From the NCBI GenBank assembly GCA_964564915.1, contig CAZMCU010000003.1, forward strand, positions 2,676 to 66,675: DNA of 64,000 nt, in the 5' to 3' direction. The translations under genes and the position numbers were made by a program. A model generated the notes under the pieces. The model saw nothing but the letters and a program-made list of their open reading frames with translations. It searched no databases and was not told the DNA's origin. The DNA is from an uncultured Demequinaceae bacterium. GTDB taxonomy: Bacteria > Actinomycetota > Actinomycetes > Actinomycetales > Demequinaceae. Positions 51,759-60,836 of the stretch are shown here, piece by piece (positions within the stretch are counted from its first letter, which is position 1; each line of letters starts with the position of its first letter).

Positions 51759-53509
51759 GCCACTTCCTCCGCTCGGAGCTGGGTACTGACGATCTCGCGA
51801 TAGGTCTCGGACGAGGCGAGCAACTCCTCGTGGGTGCCGCGTGCGACGATCCTGCCCTCGTCGAGAACGAGGATCTGGTCGGCGTCAATGATGCTCGAGA
51901 CTCGCTGGGCGACGACGATGACGGTCACATCTGTCGCGGCCCCTCGCAGGGCCTTGCGCAGCCGCGCGTCCGTTGCGGTGTCGAGGGCGGAGTACGAATC
52001 GTCGAAGATGAGGATCTCGGGGTTCCTGACCAGCGCCCGCGCGATGCTGAGGCGCTGCCGTTGGCCACCCGATACCGTCGTGCCACCCTGGGCTACCTCG
52101 GTCTCCAGTCCATCGGGCATCTCCTCGACAAACCGCTTGGCCTGGGCGATCTCGAGCGCGGCCCACAGTTCGTCGTCCGTCGCGTCGGGGTTGCCGTAAC
52201 GCAGGTTGCTCGCGACCGTACCGGTGAAGAGGTAGGGACGCTGGGGCACCAGCCCGATCTTGGACCACAGGGTCTCGAGATCGGCGTTGCGTACGTCGAC
52301 GCCGTCGACGAGAACCTGGCCTTCCGTAACGTCGTACAACCGCGGAAGGAGATTGACGAGAGTCGTCTTACCCGAACCCGTGCTTCCGACGATCGCCGTC
52401 CGCGTGCCTTTCTTGGCGACGAAGCTGATGTTCGAGAGCACTGGCTTCTCCGCGCCGGGGTAGGAGAAGGTGACGTCGCGTAACTCGACGGCGCCTTTCC
52501 CCGTGAAGGCAGTAATGGGGTTGACGGCGGGGACGACGGTCGAGTCGGTTCCGAGCACCTCGCCGATGCGGTCGGCGGCGACCGAGGCGCGGGGCAGAAG
52601 GACGAAGAGGAACGTCGCCATCATGACGGCCATGAGGATCTGCATGAGGTACTGGAGGAACGCGATGAGCGCGCCCACTTGCATCTCGCCGGAGTTGACA
52701 CGGGACGCTCCGAACCACAGGACGCCGATGCTGGAAAGGTTGAGCACGACCATGACGACCGGGAACATCGCCACCATGAGGCGGCCGGCCTTGAGGGCGG
52801 ACTCGGTGACGTTGGCGTTGGCCTCCGCGAAACGCTCACGCTCGACCGGTTCGCGCACGAACGCCCGCACCACCCGGATGCCGGTCAGCTGCTCGCGCAG
52901 CACGCGGTTGATCGCGTCGATGCGCCTCTGCATCCGACGGAAGTGCGGAACCATGCGGACGACGATCGAGATGACGGCGGCGAGCAGCACCGGGATCGAG
53001 ACGACCATGATCCACGAGAGCCCTACATCCTGCTGAAGGGCCATGATGACCCCGCCGATCGACATGAAGGGCGCGGTGATGAGGAACGTGCTCCCCAACA
53101 TGACGAGCATCTGAACCTGCTGGACGTCGTTCGTCGTGCGCGTGATGAGCGAGGGGGCTCCGAAATGCTGCACCTCGTGTTCGGAGAACGTGCCGACCTG
53201 AGCGAAGACGTGGGAGCGGAGGTCGCGACCTACCCGCATCGCGAGCTTGGCGCCAAAGTAGACCGCGGTGATGGAACAGGAGATCTGGAAGAGCGTGAGC
53301 CCCAACATGATCCAGCCGTCGTACCAGATGTGGCCGATATCCGGGTTGGGGATGCCGTTCGTGATGTTCGCGACGCCCTTGTCGATGAGGTCGGCGTTGA
53401 GGCTCGGCAGGTACAGGTTGGCGATCGACTGTGCGAGTTGGAAGATGACGATACCGAGGAGTAGGCGCCCGTAGGGGCGCACACTTCTCACGAGGAGGTT
53501 CCAGAGCAT
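51755..53509 (-). CDS. ABC exporter half-transporter (TMD-NBD), canonical signature (VSGGQRQR) and degenerate Walker B (IFDDSYS, Asp in place of catalytic Glu)
   Basis: Walker A GSTGSGKTT. The ATG at 53509 lies 4 nt after the TetR stop. Confidence 0.9.
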   Translation of the reverse strand: MLWNLLVRSVRPYGRLLLGIVIFQLAQSIANLYLPSLNADLIDKGVANITNGIPNPDIGHIWYDGWIMLGLTLFQISCSITAVYFGAKLAMRVGRDLRSHVFAQVGTFSEHEVQHFGAPSLITRTTNDVQQVQMLVMLGSTFLITAPFMSIGGVIMALQQDVGLSWIMVVSIPVLLAAVISIVVRMVPHFRRMQRRIDAINRVLREQLTGIRVVRAFVREPVERERFAEANANVTESALKAGRLMVAMFPVVMVVLNLSSIGVLWFGASRVNSGEMQVGALIAFLQYLMQILMAVMMATFLFVLLPRASVAADRIGEVLGTDSTVVPAVNPITAFTGKGAVELRDVTFSYPGAEKPVLSNISFVAKKGTRTAIVGSTGSGKTTLVNLLPRLYDVTEGQVLVDGVDVRNADLETLWSKIGLVPQRPYLFTGTVASNLRYGNPDATDDELWAALEIAQAKRFVEEMPDGLETEVAQGGTTVSGGQRQRLSIARALVRNPEILIFDDSYSALDTATDARLRKALRGAATDVTVIVVAQRVSSIIDADQILVLDEGRIVARGTHEELLASSETYREIVSTQLRAEEVA

Positions 53510-53513
53510 GTAC

Positions 53514-54122
53514 TTATCCGTCCTCTCGCGCGATCCCGCGCAGGATGAAGTCGACGAGTTCGTCGGTGGTGAGAGCCTGGGTCTCATTGAAGGCGGGGAT
53601 TTCGCTCGCGAACACGATGAGGCGAATCATCTGGGCGGCCACGCGCGGGCTGATACGGAGGCGGTCGCGCTCCGTTTCGAGCAGGCCGGTCAGAAGGCCC
53701 TCCATCTGGGCGCGATCGTGGACGGGTCCGCCGCGTCGATGGTGGCGGTGGGCGTGTCGCTCGCTCATACCGACCGCACTCATGATGCCCATGATCCCGG
53801 CGAAGCGGGTACGCATGAGGACGACGACTTGGCGAACCTTCTCCTCAAGGGCGAGGGCGGGGTCGATGGACGACAGCCCCTCGCGAATCGCCTCGGGATC
53901 CATGTATCGAGCGACGGCGGCCTTGCACAACTCCCTCTTGTCCTTGAAAGCCCGGAAGACCGTTCCCTCCGCGATTCCGGCGGCGTCGGCGATCTGCTTG
54001 GTCGTGACGTCCCGGCCGTACTCCGCGAAGAGTGGGATCGCGGCGTCGAGGATGGCCGCACGTCGATCGTCGACGGGGAGCGGTTGGGCTCGGCGGGATT
54101 CAGGACGCACGAGCGAGAGCAT
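53514..54122 (-). CDS. TetR family transcriptional regulator
   Basis: HTH TTKQIADAAGIAEGTVFRAFKDK. Start is ATG 54122 (preferred) or GTG 54140. A palindromic operator lies immediately upstream. Confidence 0.85.
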   Translation of the reverse strand: MLSLVRPESRRAQPLPVDDRRAAILDAAIPLFAEYGRDVTTKQIADAAGIAEGTVFRAFKDKRELCKAAVARYMDPEAIREGLSSIDPALALEEKVRQVVVLMRTRFAGIMGIMSAVGMSERHAHRHHRRGGPVHDRAQMEGLLTGLLETERDRLRISPRVAAQMIRLIVFASEIPAFNETQALTTDELVDFILRGIAREDG

Positions 54123-54152
54123 ATATGAGTGAGTGCTCACTCACAAGTCAAG
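54120..54152 (-). promoter_or_regulatory. putative TetR promoter/operator: TTGACT (-35-like), 18-bp palindrome TGAGTGAG-TG-CTCACTCA, then an AT-rich ATATAT segment
   Basis: The inverted repeat has perfect 8-bp arms at 54126-54143. TTGACT (minus strand) lies at 54146-54151. ATATAT at 54121-54126 is the only AT-rich hexamer nearby. Confidence 0.5.
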
Positions 54153-54175
54153 AAGGGAACCAGCGATGCCCTCGG

Positions 54176-55102
54176 CTACAACCTCTCGGCGACGGCTCCG
54201 GGAACCCGCTCGGTCGTGAGGATGCACCGCCACGTGTCATCGCCGATGCCGTCGGCCCACGGAAGCGGCCCGCTAGCGAGCCCCTCCGCCGCGAGGTCGG
54301 TGCCGATCACCAACACGGACGGCCCGGCCCCCGAGACGACTGCGGCGAGCCCGCGCCCGCGGAGCTCGCCGATCATCGCTACCGCCGAGGGCATGTGGCC
54401 CGCGCGGTAACCCTGGTGGATGCGGTCCTCCGTGGCATCGAAAAGCAGTTCCGGCCAACCCCCGAGCGCGTGAACGAGGAGGGCGGCACGTGACGCGTTG
54501 AACGCGGCGTCACGGTGGGGCACGGTTGCCGGGAGGGTTTTCCTCGCCTCCGACGTGGGTACCACGCCATGAGGAATGAGCACGGCGGTCTCGATGTCGT
54601 CCGCAACCTGCAACGGCGACGCGTGCGCCCCGGTGTCGTCCTGCCAACATACGACCGCGCCACCGTAGATGGCTGGCGCGGCATTGTCGGGGTGACCCTC
54701 GATGGCGGTCGCCATCGTCAGCGCCGCTTCGGGAGAGAGGGCGTGCGGCTCGGCGATCAGCTCGCGCGCGGCCGTGAGGGCGGCGACGATCGTCGCGGCC
54801 GAGGACCCGAGTCCCTGGCCGTGGGGGATCTCGTTGTGCGCGATCACGTGAAGGCCGGAGTGGGGAGCGGTGACGCTGTCGAGAGCGGAACGAAGCGTCT
54901 GGACAAACAGGTGCGACTCGTCGAGCGGAACCGTGCCCTCACCCTCCCCCGTCACGTCGATCGTCACGTCCGTCGAGGCGAGCAGTTCTACCTCGATCGT
55001 GTCCACCGCCCCGAGCGCGATCCCCAGGCAATCGAAACCGGGCCCCATGTTTCCCGCACTCGCGGGAACGGTCACCCGAACGTGATCGCAGCCGAGCCTC
55101 AT
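54176..55102 (-). CDS. thrB: homoserine kinase
   Basis: GHMP kinase motifs VPASAGNMGPGFD and PHGQGLGSSAATIVA. Confidence 0.93.
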   Translation of the reverse strand: MRLGCDHVRVTVPASAGNMGPGFDCLGIALGAVDTIEVELLASTDVTIDVTGEGEGTVPLDESHLFVQTLRSALDSVTAPHSGLHVIAHNEIPHGQGLGSSAATIVAALTAARELIAEPHALSPEAALTMATAIEGHPDNAAPAIYGGAVVCWQDDTGAHASPLQVADDIETAVLIPHGVVPTSEARKTLPATVPHRDAAFNASRAALLVHALGGWPELLFDATEDRIHQGYRAGHMPSAVAMIGELRGRGLAAVVSGAGPSVLVIGTDLAAEGLASGPLPWADGIGDDTWRCILTTERVPGAVAERL

Positions 55103-55115
55103 GTCAGCCCCGCTT

Positions 55116-56174
55116 TCATGTCAACCCCAGCGCCTCGGCCGCGGCGACAACGTCAACGGGAATGACGGTCGGGTCGGGCACGCGCCCGCTGAGCGCGGTC
55201 TCGGTGTCCTTGAGGCCCGTGCCGGTGACGGTGCACACGATGCACGCCCCCTCGGGGATCTCGTCTGCCTCCGCAGCGACGAGGAGCCCGGCGACGGAGG
55301 CGGCCGACGCGGGTTCGACGAATACCCCGACCTCGCCAGCGATCATCGCCTGGGCGTCGAGGATCTGCCGGTCGGACACCGCGCGGATCCACCCGCCGGA
55401 CTCGTCGCGCGCCGCTACCGCGAGGTCCCACGACGCCGGGTTGCCGATGCGGATGGCCGTCGCCACGGTCTCGGGGTTCTTGATCGGCTCACCCTTGACG
55501 AAGGGAGCGGCACCCTCCGCCTGGACGCCCCACATGATCGGGCGATGCGTCGCCTCCCCGTGGTCGGCGTACTCCGTGTATCCCATCCAATACGCGGAGA
55601 TGTTTCCCGCGTTCCCCACCGGCAGCACGTGGATGTCGGGGGCGTCTCCCAGGGCGTCGCAAATCTCGAACGCCGCGGTCTTTTGCCCCTGGAGGCGGTA
55701 CGGGTTGATGGAGTTGACGAGAGCGACGGCGTAGTCCTCCGCGAGCGCGCGGGCGATGTCAAGGCAATCGTCGAAGTTCCCATCGACTTGGAGCAGTTTG
55801 GCCCCGTGGACGATGGCCTGCGCCATCTTCCCCGCCGCGATCTTGCCTTGGGGAAGGATGACGGCGCACACCAAACCCGCTCGCGCGGCGTAGGCGGCGG
55901 CGGAAGCCGACGTGTTCCCGGTCGATGCGCATACGACCGTCGTCCCACTCTCCTTGACCACCTGGGTGATCGCCGCCGTCATGCCACGATCCTTGAAGCT
56001 TCCCGTCGGGTTGGCCCCCTCGACCTTGAGGTGAACATCCGCCCCCACCCGCTGGGAGATCGTGTCCGCGGGAACGAGCGGAGTGCCACCTTCGCCGAGC
56101 GTGACGATGGGGTCGCCAATGGTGAACGGCAAGTACTCCAGGTACTCGCGGATGACCCCACGCCAGAGCGCCAC
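55116..56174 (-). CDS. thrC: threonine synthase
   Basis: PLP-lysine motif [12 protein letters not shown]. The GTG at 56174 overlaps the hom TAG (TAGTG). Confidence 0.93.
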   Translation of the reverse strand: MALWRGVIREYLEYLPFTIGDPIVTLGEGGTPLVPADTISQRVGADVHLKVEGANPTGSFKDRGMTAAITQVVKESGTTVVCASTGNTSASAAAYAARAGLVCAVILPQGKIAAGKMAQAIVHGAKLLQVDGNFDDCLDIARALAEDYAVALVNSINPYRLQGQKTAAFEICDALGDAPDIHVLPVGNAGNISAYWMGYTEYADHGEATHRPIMWGVQAEGAAPFVKGEPIKNPETVATAIRIGNPASWDLAVAARDESGGWIRAVSDRQILDAQAMIAGEVGVFVEPASAASVAGLLVAAEADEIPEGACIVCTVTGTGLKDTETALSGRVPDPTVIPVDVVAAAEALGLT

Positions 56175-57469
56175 TATTCCCCCTCGATCCTCAAGACCGA
56201 CAGGACGGCGCGAACCACCTCGCACGCGCGAATCTCCTCCACGGTTTCGCGGAGATCCGACTCGACCGCCTCGTGGGTGGAGATGACGAGTTGGGCACTG
56301 CCCTCGGCGCCACCACTCGGGGGCTGGCGTACGGACTCGATCGAGACGCGGTGCGCGCCGAGGATCGCGGCGACCTTGGCGAGCACACCGGGGCGATCGT
56401 CTACCTCAAGGCGGATTTGGAACCGGGTGCGCGACGCCCCAATGGGCAAGAGCGGAAGGGAGACGTAGTTCGACTCGCGGGGGCCGGCGCCACCGAGCAC
56501 GCGGTGACGGGCGATCGAGACGATGTCCCCGAGGACGGCGGACGCGGTGGGGACTCCCCCCGCGCCGAGGCCGTAGAACATCAATTGCCCCGCCGCCTCC
56601 GCCTCGATGAAAACCGCGTTGAACGCGCCACCGACGGTCGCAAGGGGGTGCTGAAGTGGGACGAGGGTCGGGTGGACACGGACGGTTACCCCATCCTCGG
56701 AGCGTTCCGCGATCCCCAGAAGTTTGATGACGTGTCCCGATTCCGCAGCGGCCGCAACGTCGTGTGGCGTGATCTCCGTAATGCCTTCCCGGTAGACGTC
56801 GTCGAGACGCACGCGCATGTGGAACGCGAGGGAGGCAAGGATGGCGATCTTAGCCGCAGCGTCGTACCCCTCGACGTCGGCGGTCGGGTCGGCTTCGGCA
56901 AAACCCAACTCCTGCGCTTCCTTGAGGGCGATCTCGTACCCGAGGTGGGCCGTCGCCATGCGATCGAGAACGTAATTGGTGGTCCCGTTGACGATGCCGA
57001 GGATGCGGACGACGCGATCGCCCGCGAGCCCCTCGCGCACGGGGCGGATGAGGGGTATGGCCCCACCGACGGCGGCCTCGAAATAGAGGTCGACCCCGTT
57101 GGTATCCGCGGCTTCGTAGATCTCCGGGCCACACTCCGCCAGGAGTGCCTTATTCGCGGTCACCACGGCCTTGCCCGCGGCGAGCGCCTGAAGGACAAAG
57201 GTGCGGGCGGGTTCGATCCCACCGATCAGCTCGACGACGATATCGGCGTCCGGGATGAGCGACGCCGCGTCGGTGGTCAGGAGTTCGCGTGGGAGTCCGG
57301 CGAGGCGCTCGTCGTCGGGATCCATGGTGGCGATACCCGAGATGATGAGGGGGGCGCCGACGCGCTGGGCGAGGTCGTCCCTTCCCGTGTACAGGAGCCG
57401 CGCGACCTGGGAGCCGACGATACCGGCTCCGAGCAAGGCGACGCGGACGCGAGGGGATGCTTCTGCCAC
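56174..57469 (-). CDS. hom: homoserine dehydrogenase
   Basis: Rossmann [13 protein letters not shown] and a C-terminal ACT-like domain. The GTG start is apparently leaderless (TAGAGT, 6 nt, GTG). Confidence 0.93.
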   Translation of the reverse strand: MAEASPRVRVALLGAGIVGSQVARLLYTGRDDLAQRVGAPLIISGIATMDPDDERLAGLPRELLTTDAASLIPDADIVVELIGGIEPARTFVLQALAAGKAVVTANKALLAECGPEIYEAADTNGVDLYFEAAVGGAIPLIRPVREGLAGDRVVRILGIVNGTTNYVLDRMATAHLGYEIALKEAQELGFAEADPTADVEGYDAAAKIAILASLAFHMRVRLDDVYREGITEITPHDVAAAAESGHVIKLLGIAERSEDGVTVRVHPTLVPLQHPLATVGGAFNAVFIEAEAAGQLMFYGLGAGGVPTASAVLGDIVSIARHRVLGGAGPRESNYVSLPLLPIGASRTRFQIRLEVDDRPGVLAKVAAILGAHRVSIESVRQPPSGGAEGSAQLVISTHEAVESDLRETVEEIRACEVVRAVLSVLRIEGE

Positions 57470-57481
57470 GCGCCAACTCTA
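57467..57481 (-). promoter_or_regulatory. putative -10 (TAGAGT) 6 nt before the GTG of hom
   Basis: Minus strand reads TAGAGT tggcgc GTG. Confidence 0.4.
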
Positions 57482-57502
57482 CCGGTTAGGCCACTGAGGT
57501 TC

Positions 57503-57527
57503 GTGGGGGTTTGCCGTCCCCTCCACG
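57503..57527 (-). terminator. weak hairpin between the Arg-rich hypothetical gene and the hom promoter
   Basis: Minus strand reads GTGG(A)GGGG...CCCCCAC with no U-tract. Confidence 0.25.
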
Positions 57528-57534
57528 ATCGCCG

Positions 57535-58257
57535 TTACGTGCCCCGGGAGATGGGGAAGTCTTGTGAAAACGGGCCCCACGGGTCGGAGGGGTCGGACGC
57601 CTGGGTCTTCCTCGACGTCGCCGTCGCGGGCTGTGCGGTTTCGGACCCCGCCATCGCGGACTTGGCTTTAGCCTCCCCCTGGGGCCGGAAGCGATCCGCG
57701 TCCAGCAAGAGGTGGACGAAGGCGAGGCGAACCCGGGAGGTCGCGAACAGGCTGAGGACGGCCCTCGACCCCTCCGGTGTCATCGTCACCTCGGCGTCCC
57801 CATATCGCACGACGACCGGCTCCGATGTCGCGAGTGCGCGCTCGAGGAAAGCCCGTGCCTCGTCCGCGTCGGTCGCGATCCATATCCGGCCGGAGGCGTA
57901 TCGCTTCACGCGGCGACGTGCGCGACGAGTAGCGCGGTCGGGCTTGGCCGTGGCTGGCGCATCCGTCGACCCATTGGAGCCGAGGGGCTGGGCGATCACC
58001 GCCGTCGACACCGCTGCCCTCGTTGAGGCCGCGGACGCCGCTCGGGGTCGCTTCATCCGTCGGATACGCAAGACCCGCAGCGCCTTCCCCATGCGTGGGC
58101 CGCCGACAACAAGCGACGAGGCCACGAGGGTCCCCCATCGGTTGAGGTCAAAACGATCGTTTCCCACCCGAAGCGAGACCCGCCCCCCCTCGGTCCGAGG
58201 GATCTCCCCGAAGGCACGCGCCGCCTCGGGATCGTTAACCACCACCGTCTCCGCCAT
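57535..58257 (-). CDS. Arg-rich hypothetical protein
   Basis: 240 aa with a strong GGAAGGAGG SD and high GC3. Two segments each carry an E-A-R-A-F element, separated by a basic Ala/Arg/Thr linker. I recognise no family. Confidence 0.55.
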   Translation of the reverse strand: MAETVVVNDPEAARAFGEIPRTEGGRVSLRVGNDRFDLNRWGTLVASSLVVGGPRMGKALRVLRIRRMKRPRAASAASTRAAVSTAVIAQPLGSNGSTDAPATAKPDRATRRARRRVKRYASGRIWIATDADEARAFLERALATSEPVVVRYGDAEVTMTPEGSRAVLSLFATSRVRLAFVHLLLDADRFRPQGEAKAKSAMAGSETAQPATATSRKTQASDPSDPWGPFSQDFPISRGT

Positions 58258-58356
58258 GCCCCCTCCTTCCCTCGTTCACGGTTAGGTTACCGGTGACGCC
58301 GGTTCTCCATGAGGCCTCGGACCGCCCGCGTGTTGCTCCCCCTGGTAAACGCAACA

Positions 58357-58379
58357 GCCCCCGGGGAAATCCCGGGGGC
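58357..58379 (-). terminator. intrinsic terminator-like hairpin after the LRV gene
   Basis: Perfect 9-bp GC stem GCCCCCGGG-ATTTC-CCCGGGGGC, followed on the minus strand by TGTTGCGTTT. Confidence 0.55.
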
Positions 58380-58408
58380 CGAGCGGTCAACGAAGGATAG
58401 TCGGGAGT

Positions 58409-58729
58409 CTACGCCACTCCATTGAGCGTCCGCAGACGGGCGAGAGCGACATCGTGGATCTGGGGTCGGCGGTCCACCGCGAGCGTGCGGAGAACCCATA
58501 GCGGGCTCGTGGGGTTTCCCGCAAGGGCTTGCCTCACCCGAATGTCGTCGTCATGGGCGAGCGAGATGAGCGAGGCCATCGGAGCGTCGACCCGTGACGC
58601 CACCGCGGCGCGCACCCGCATGTCGCGGTGAGCCGCGAGGGTGACGAGTTCCATGCGCGTCACCCCGGGATCGAGGGCGCGTGAAACGTCTTCCGTAATG
58701 GTGTGAGGCGAGTGCGCGAGGATCGCCAT
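58409..58729 (-). CDS. leucine-rich repeat variant (LRV)-like small protein
   Basis: Repeated pattern L..LA.H.D..VR.AVA / L..LA.D.D..VR.ALA.NP. AAGGAAA SD before the ATG at 58729. A hairpin terminator follows the stop. Confidence 0.55.
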   Translation of the reverse strand: MAILAHSPHTITEDVSRALDPGVTRMELVTLAAHRDMRVRAAVASRVDAPMASLISLAHDDDIRVRQALAGNPTSPLWVLRTLAVDRRPQIHDVALARLRTLNGVA

Positions 58730-58902
58730 GGGAGGTTTCCTTTCGTGGTGTTCTTCCACAGGAAACGATGCCCGGATAGGACCCTGGCTGTCATCGGCCG
58801 TCAGAGCGAATTCCGGGCTCCGGTAATCCCCCCACGCGGAGGATGCCGCTCCCCCGATAGGCTCAGGGTAGTCAACCGCCCCATCGCCCTTCAGGAGAGC
58901 CC

Positions 58903-59481
58903 GTGAGCGAGCCCCCCATGATCGATCCGGCCTCGATGGAACCCGCCCTTGCGACCGTCAAGTGCGTCTGTACCGGCAACATCTGTCGATCCGCCGCGAT
59001 GGAGGCGTACTTGGCGCGGGCGTGGGTGGATGCCGCCACCGTGACCTCCGCGGGGACGATGGCGGCCGCGGGCTGGCATTCTCCCGCACCGATGCTCGCC
59101 GCCATGAAGAGCGTGGGCCTCGACGGATCGAAGCACGTCGCCCGGCAACTCGAGATGGCCGACGTGGAGTCCTCCGACCTCGTCCTCGTCGCGACCCACC
59201 TCCACTTGGCGTGGATCGCCCGCCACTTCGGCGCCGCTCCTCCCAACACCTTCGTGCTGACCGAGGCCGCCGAGCTCACCCAGCGGGCCCGTCGTCCTGC
59301 GGGGAACGATCGCATCGATCGCATCCGCACCGCCGCGGCGCTCCTCGATGCCGCGCGCGCGGAGCAACCGGCCGAATACCAGGACGTGCACGATCCGTAT
59401 GGGCACGGCGACGATGCCTACCACCACGCCATGGACATCATCGTCGGGGCGTGTACGTCGATCGTCGAGTGGGTCGGTTAG
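58903..59481 (+). CDS. low-molecular-weight protein tyrosine phosphatase
   Basis: P-loop VCTGNICRS (CX5R-S) and the general-acid DP motif VHDPYG. GTG start with an AGGAGAG SD. Confidence 0.85.
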   Translation: MSEPPMIDPASMEPALATVKCVCTGNICRSAAMEAYLARAWVDAATVTSAGTMAAAGWHSPAPMLAAMKSVGLDGSKHVARQLEMADVESSDLVLVATHLHLAWIARHFGAAPPNTFVLTEAAELTQRARRPAGNDRIDRIRTAAALLDAARAEQPAEYQDVHDPYGHGDDAYHHAMDIIVGACTSIVEWVG

Positions 59482-59490
59482 GCGGGTCCG

Positions 59491-60834
59491 CTACCGCGCG
59501 ACGTCCCAGGCGAGCAGGTCCTCGATCGTGTCGCGGCGAATGAGGAGCCGCGCCTTACCCCCCTTGACGGAGACGACGGCGGATCGCAACGCGGCGTTGT
59601 AGTTGTTGGCCATCACCCTGCCGTACGCGCCGGTCGCGGGGGTAGCAAGGAGGTCACCACGTTGAATGTCGCTCGGGAGGTCCACGTCCTGGACGAGGAT
59701 GTCGCCCGATTCACAGTGTTTGCCGACGACGCGGGATCGGACGAGCGGGGCGTCGCTCTCGCGGGAGGCGAGAGCGGCCGTGTACTCGGCCCCGTAGGTG
59801 ACGGGCCTCATGTTGTCGCTCATGCCGCCATCGACGGCGATGTATCGACGCTCCCCGCCATCCGCAAGGCGAACCTCCTTGGTGAACCCAACGGTGTAGA
59901 TCGTCATGCCCGCGGGGCCGGCGATGGCGCGACCCGGTTCGATCGATAGGTGAGGCCACGAGCCCCCGGACGCCTCAAGCGCGGCTGCGACGGCGTCGGC
60001 GATGCCTTCTGCCGCTTGGGCTGCGTCCAGGACGTCTTCCCCCGGACGGTACGCGATCGCGAAACCACCGCCGAGATCGACCTGGGGCATCTCGTACCCC
60101 GATGAAGCGGCGAACTCCGCCCGGAGGCGCAGCATGCGTTCGGCGCTGTCCCGGAACGCGTCGAGGGAAAGGATCTGGCTCCCGATGTGCGTGTGGATCC
60201 CGAGCAGGTTGAGGGAGGGGGCCTCGTGGCACAACCTGAGGGCCTCGATCGCGGCGCCGGAGGCAACCGAGAGGCCAAACTTCTGGTCCTCGTGGGCGGT
60301 CGCGATGTGCTGGTGTCCTCCCGCGTGCACGCCCGTCGCGACGCGGACCAACACCGGTGCGATGACACCCTCGGCTTGCGCGGCGGCGGAGAGAACATCG
60401 ATCTCGGCAAGCGAATCGACGACGATCCGGCCCACGCCGACCTCGAGCGCGCGGGCGATCTCCGCGTCGGATTTGTTGTTCCCGTGCATCGTGATGCGCT
60501 GAGGCGGCATGCCACCGCGGAGGGCGATTTCGAGTTCCCCCGCCGACGCCACGTCGAGGCCGAGGCCATCCTTTTTCATCCACGCGGCGACGCGGGAACA
60601 CAGGAAGGCCTTGCCCGCGTAGTAGACGTCGACGTCGGCGCCGTACCGGGAGAATGCCTGGGCGAACGCGGCGGCGAAACCCGTGGCCCGCGCACGGAAG
60701 TCGTCCTCGTCGAGCACGTAGAGGGGGGTGCCGAACTCGGCCGTGAGCGCCGCCACCTCGCAGCCCCCGACCTCGATCCCGCCATCGGTGCCGCGTGTCA
60801 CCGTGGAGGACCACACGGTTGCGTCGGCGTTCAT
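59491..60834 (-). CDS. lysA: diaminopimelate decarboxylase
   Basis: FGTPLYVLDED...YAGKAF (PLP Lys)...HIGSQ...CESGD. ATG at 60834 lies 2 nt after the argS stop. Confidence 0.93.
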   Translation of the reverse strand: MNADATVWSSTVTRGTDGGIEVGGCEVAALTAEFGTPLYVLDEDDFRARATGFAAAFAQAFSRYGADVDVYYAGKAFLCSRVAAWMKKDGLGLDVASAGELEIALRGGMPPQRITMHGNNKSDAEIARALEVGVGRIVVDSLAEIDVLSAAAQAEGVIAPVLVRVATGVHAGGHQHIATAHEDQKFGLSVASGAAIEALRLCHEAPSLNLLGIHTHIGSQILSLDAFRDSAERMLRLRAEFAASSGYEMPQVDLGGGFAIAYRPGEDVLDAAQAAEGIADAVAAALEASGGSWPHLSIEPGRAIAGPAGMTIYTVGFTKEVRLADGGERRYIAVDGGMSDNMRPVTYGAEYTAALASRESDAPLVRSRVVGKHCESGDILVQDVDLPSDIQRGDLLATPATGAYGRVMANNYNAALRSAVVSVKGGKARLLIRRDTIEDLLAWDVAR

Positions 60835-60836
60835 CC

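Noticed and set aside
49572-51803. 743-aa plus-strand ORF opposite the ABC exporter
   Set aside because: It is a mirror-frame artefact. The minus strand has Walker A/B and signature motifs.
57470-57534. Thr/Ile-type leader peptide attenuator or riboswitch upstream of hom-thrC-thrB
   Set aside because: Only 65 nt are available, and hom appears leaderless (TAGAGT-N6-GTG). There is no room for a leader peptide or aptamer.
55101-58285. Two long plus-strand ORFs (455 aa and 670 aa) opposite thrC, hom and the Arg-rich hypothetical
   Set aside because: They are antisense to genes with PLP and Rossmann motifs. For 57535-58257, the minus frame has a strong SD and the better composition.
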